A stretch of DNA of 64,000 bases from Squalus acanthias (lineage: Eukaryota), in assembly GCA_030390025.1 (NCBI GenBank), contig CM059432.1, forward strand, positions 558,001 through 622,000. The letters are read 5' to 3'. The translations under genes and the position numbers were made by a program. This document shows positions 61,420 through 64,000 of the stretch, piece after piece. The stretch's first letter is position 1, and each line of letters opens with the position of its first letter. Under the pieces are notes generated by a model. That model was not told the origin of the DNA. It searched no databases and saw only the letters and a list, made by a program, of their open reading frames with translations.

Positions 61420-61787
61420 CTGGTGTAGGATGTCTTTGTCCAATGGAGGGCCAAATGGCACATCTGACCCAGAGGGATAAGGTGAGTAAGTGCTCCACGA
61501 GCTACTTGGGGCTGTAATAATCAGCTGCTCGGTGCGGAAAAAAGGTCCAAAGTGGGTGTCAAAATAATACTTTTCCCTGCGAGCTTGGCTGGAAGGGGCA
61601 GACCAGATTTCAACTGGATCGGTAGTGATCTTCATGAATATCAAGCCAGAGGAGCAGACTGCTATGGCAATAACAGTCAACATTATAACAGGAGCAGGAT
61701 TTCTCACACAGAAGGACCCCCACTTGGTGAATAGGTCACGCAAGAGAGCCTCTGATTTTGCACCAAGTTGTTCACAATAAGATATAT
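61420..61787 (-). CDS. NPC1: NPC1 exon 8
   Basis: [12 protein letters not shown]...[37 protein letters not shown]...DILHQ. Confidence 0.95.
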
Positions 61788-62029
61788 CTGAGGAGAGAAT
61801 GAGGAAAGTTATCAGACCAGGAAAGGGGGAAAAAAAAAAACACATGAGCCCCCACCCCCAAATAAAACTAAAGTTTTCCAATTTGTTAGCTGCAGAAGCA
61901 GGTTGGTTAATGAGACCCATGCCTTTAAAGAATCAACTATACAACCAAAATGGGTCAGCTTTAGTGACAAATTCCCTGCTGAATTAGATCACAGTTCATG
62001 CGCAGACACTAGCAAATGGAATAACCTAC

Positions 62030-62109
62030 CTAGATCATGACTGATGTTGACTGAATGATTTGCACTGGTGTCAATAATTGGGGCATATTCAGAAACAATA
62101 CGTGGTTTC
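62030..62109 (-). CDS. NPC1: NPC1 exon 7
   Basis: cag|...|gtaggt. RKPRIVSEYAPIIDTSANHSVNISHDL, phase-compatible with exons 6 and 8. Confidence 0.88.
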
Positions 62110-62408
62110 CTGTAGAAAAATATTGAATTGTGAAACATGAGATTCACCCAGTAAACAGACATTGTTTGAAAAAACCTACTCGAGTGACAATTGAATTCTT
62201 GCTCAAGTTTGTAGCTCGCATTTACATCAGCACAACTTTAACAACCAAAGATTGCTTTGACAAGTACTCAAGTTGTAGTTCAACATCAGTAAGGCAAGAC
62301 AAAAAACACATTTCATTGCTGCATTGTAAATCTCAGTTAACAGTTGCAAATAGATATTTTTTTTTTATATAAAAGGAGTTCAGGCTTTACTTCCTTTAAG
62401 ATTGTTAC

Positions 62409-62658
62409 CTGCAATACCACACACCAACGACTGCTCCCCCAAAGACAGCCAGGAAGATCAGATAGCAGATCCACATTATAACAGCCATAGCATCCAAACC
62501 AAAAATGGTCCATGGGGTAATAGGTGGTGGGGGTACTGGCTTTGGGCCACAAACTAGTGCACAGTCCTGGCAACTACATGGTGGGGAACCATCATCCAAG
62601 GTCTCATTGCAGCCTCTGGTTGCGTTATTCATTGGAATCATTCTTCCAACTGGATGAT
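62409..62658 (-). CDS. NPC1: NPC1 exon 6
   Basis: 250 nt. [18 protein letters not shown]...[20 protein letters not shown]...GVWYC. Exons 1-5 lie beyond the window. Confidence 0.94.
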
Positions 62659-62689
62659 CTACCAAAAAAAAAAGCCAGCCACTAGTATT

Positions 62690-63305
62690 GAAGACATGTC
62701 TAGTACAATACTGATACCATACTGACGCCCTGCTGTATGCCTCAGAGACATGGACCATGTACAGCAGGCACCTCAAAGCACTGGAGAGGTACCAACGCTG
62801 CCTCCGCAAGATCCTGCCAATCCATTGGCAGGAAAGGCACACCAACGTCGGTGTTCTCACTCAGGCCAACATCGAAGCTTTGACCACGCTCGATCAGCTC
62901 CGATGGACGGGGTCACATCGTCCGCATGCCCGATACGAGACTCCCAAAACAAGCGCTCTACTCGGAGCTCCGACATGGCAAGAGCCCCCAGGTGGACAGA
63001 GGAAACGCTTCAAGGACACCCTCAGCCTCCTTGAAAAAGTGTAACATCCCCACCGACACCTGGGAAATCCCTGGCCCAAGACCGCACAAAGTGGAGGAGA
63101 AGCATCCGGGAAGGCGCCGAACAGTCTCTTTGCCGGAGCAAGCGCAGGCAGTGCACGTCAACCCAAGCACCCCACCCGCCCCCTTCAACCACTGTCTGCC
63201 CCACCTGTGACAGAGACTGTAGGTCCCGCATTGGACTCAGTCACCCGAGAACTCTTAATATGGAAGCAAGTCATCCTCGGTTCTGAGGGACTGTCTAAGA
63301 AGGAG
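62690..63305 (+). mobile_element. RTE-clade LINE 3' fragment
   Basis: [29 protein letters not shown]...LRW.G...MPDTRLPKQALYSEL...GGQRKRFKDTL. Confidence 0.8.
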
Positions 63306-64000
63306 GCTACCACGAAGTAACAGTTTCAACTCCCACTTGCTCCCTTGACTATGCATATGCTTCTACTAGAAACTGGATTGGGGAAGTCCTCTCCATTAAT
63401 GTAGACTCAAACCACTAGCATCTCTTGCACTGCCCTCTCATTTCCTTCTGTTTCCTCTGCAGAGATTTGGATTGACATTTGGGTCATCCCACATAGTATT
63501 GTGGATATGGATTAAAGCAAAATGGCTTGGTGTGCTCAGCTTTTATTGCAAGCTACAGTACAGCTTACTTAAAATACAAGGTAATGAGAAGTCTAAAGAT
63601 ATTTAAGGCACATTAGAATTTCTATTTATTATGGGCCACAATAGGAAAGAGGCCAGAACTTTTAAACATAGGGGCGGTTTGCCAATTTTAGTGGTTACCA
63701 TTGTGACAACTCTGCTTATGATTCATGCAAGAGTGGTTTTTATAATAAGCTTCATTACTGACTGATTTGGTCTTTTATATTAATGGTATGCAAATACTAC
63801 AAGCTGGTTCCCAGGCTCCATCTACTTCAGAGAACACTGGTCAGTACATCACAAGTCCTGGAGTGACCAGTTCCCACCTTCTTGCAGTGGCATTGCTCCT
63901 GACCCGAGAACACTGACGTCAAGGGGACCTGGTTCTATTCTTATACTACAATACAACCTTGGCCGGTGCGTAATACATAGGTATGAATATGTAGTGTGCA

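Noticed and set aside
32980..62658. NPC1L1 instead of NPC1
   Set aside because: Exon sizes, the ERERLL C-terminus and adjacency to RMC1 match NPC1.

Overview
Vertebrate genomic DNA. The SINE/LINE repertoire (HE1-type V-SINEs, Deu-type SINEs, abundant CR1, L2 and Penelope-like elements) suggests a cartilaginous fish; this is inference. Two convergent genes are present: the 3' part of RMC1/C18orf8 on + (9 exons, 2134-14998) and NPC1 exons 6-25 on - (62658 down to 32980), with exon numbers assigned by human homology. The shared tail-to-tail end of the two genes is tandemly duplicated (about 5418-22199 and 22200-37444). This leaves an orphan NPC1 exon 23-25 block and an orphan RMC1 exon 15-20 block, and puts the likely functional ends of the two genes about 18 kb apart, although each unit carries overlapping 3'UTR signals. 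Introns hold many retroelements, including two fold-back Penelope-like insertions. Five minimal type I hammerhead ribozyme motifs with co-varying stems are visible. Most ORFs in the supplied track are retroelement fragments or noise. All alignments and identities were judged by eye.
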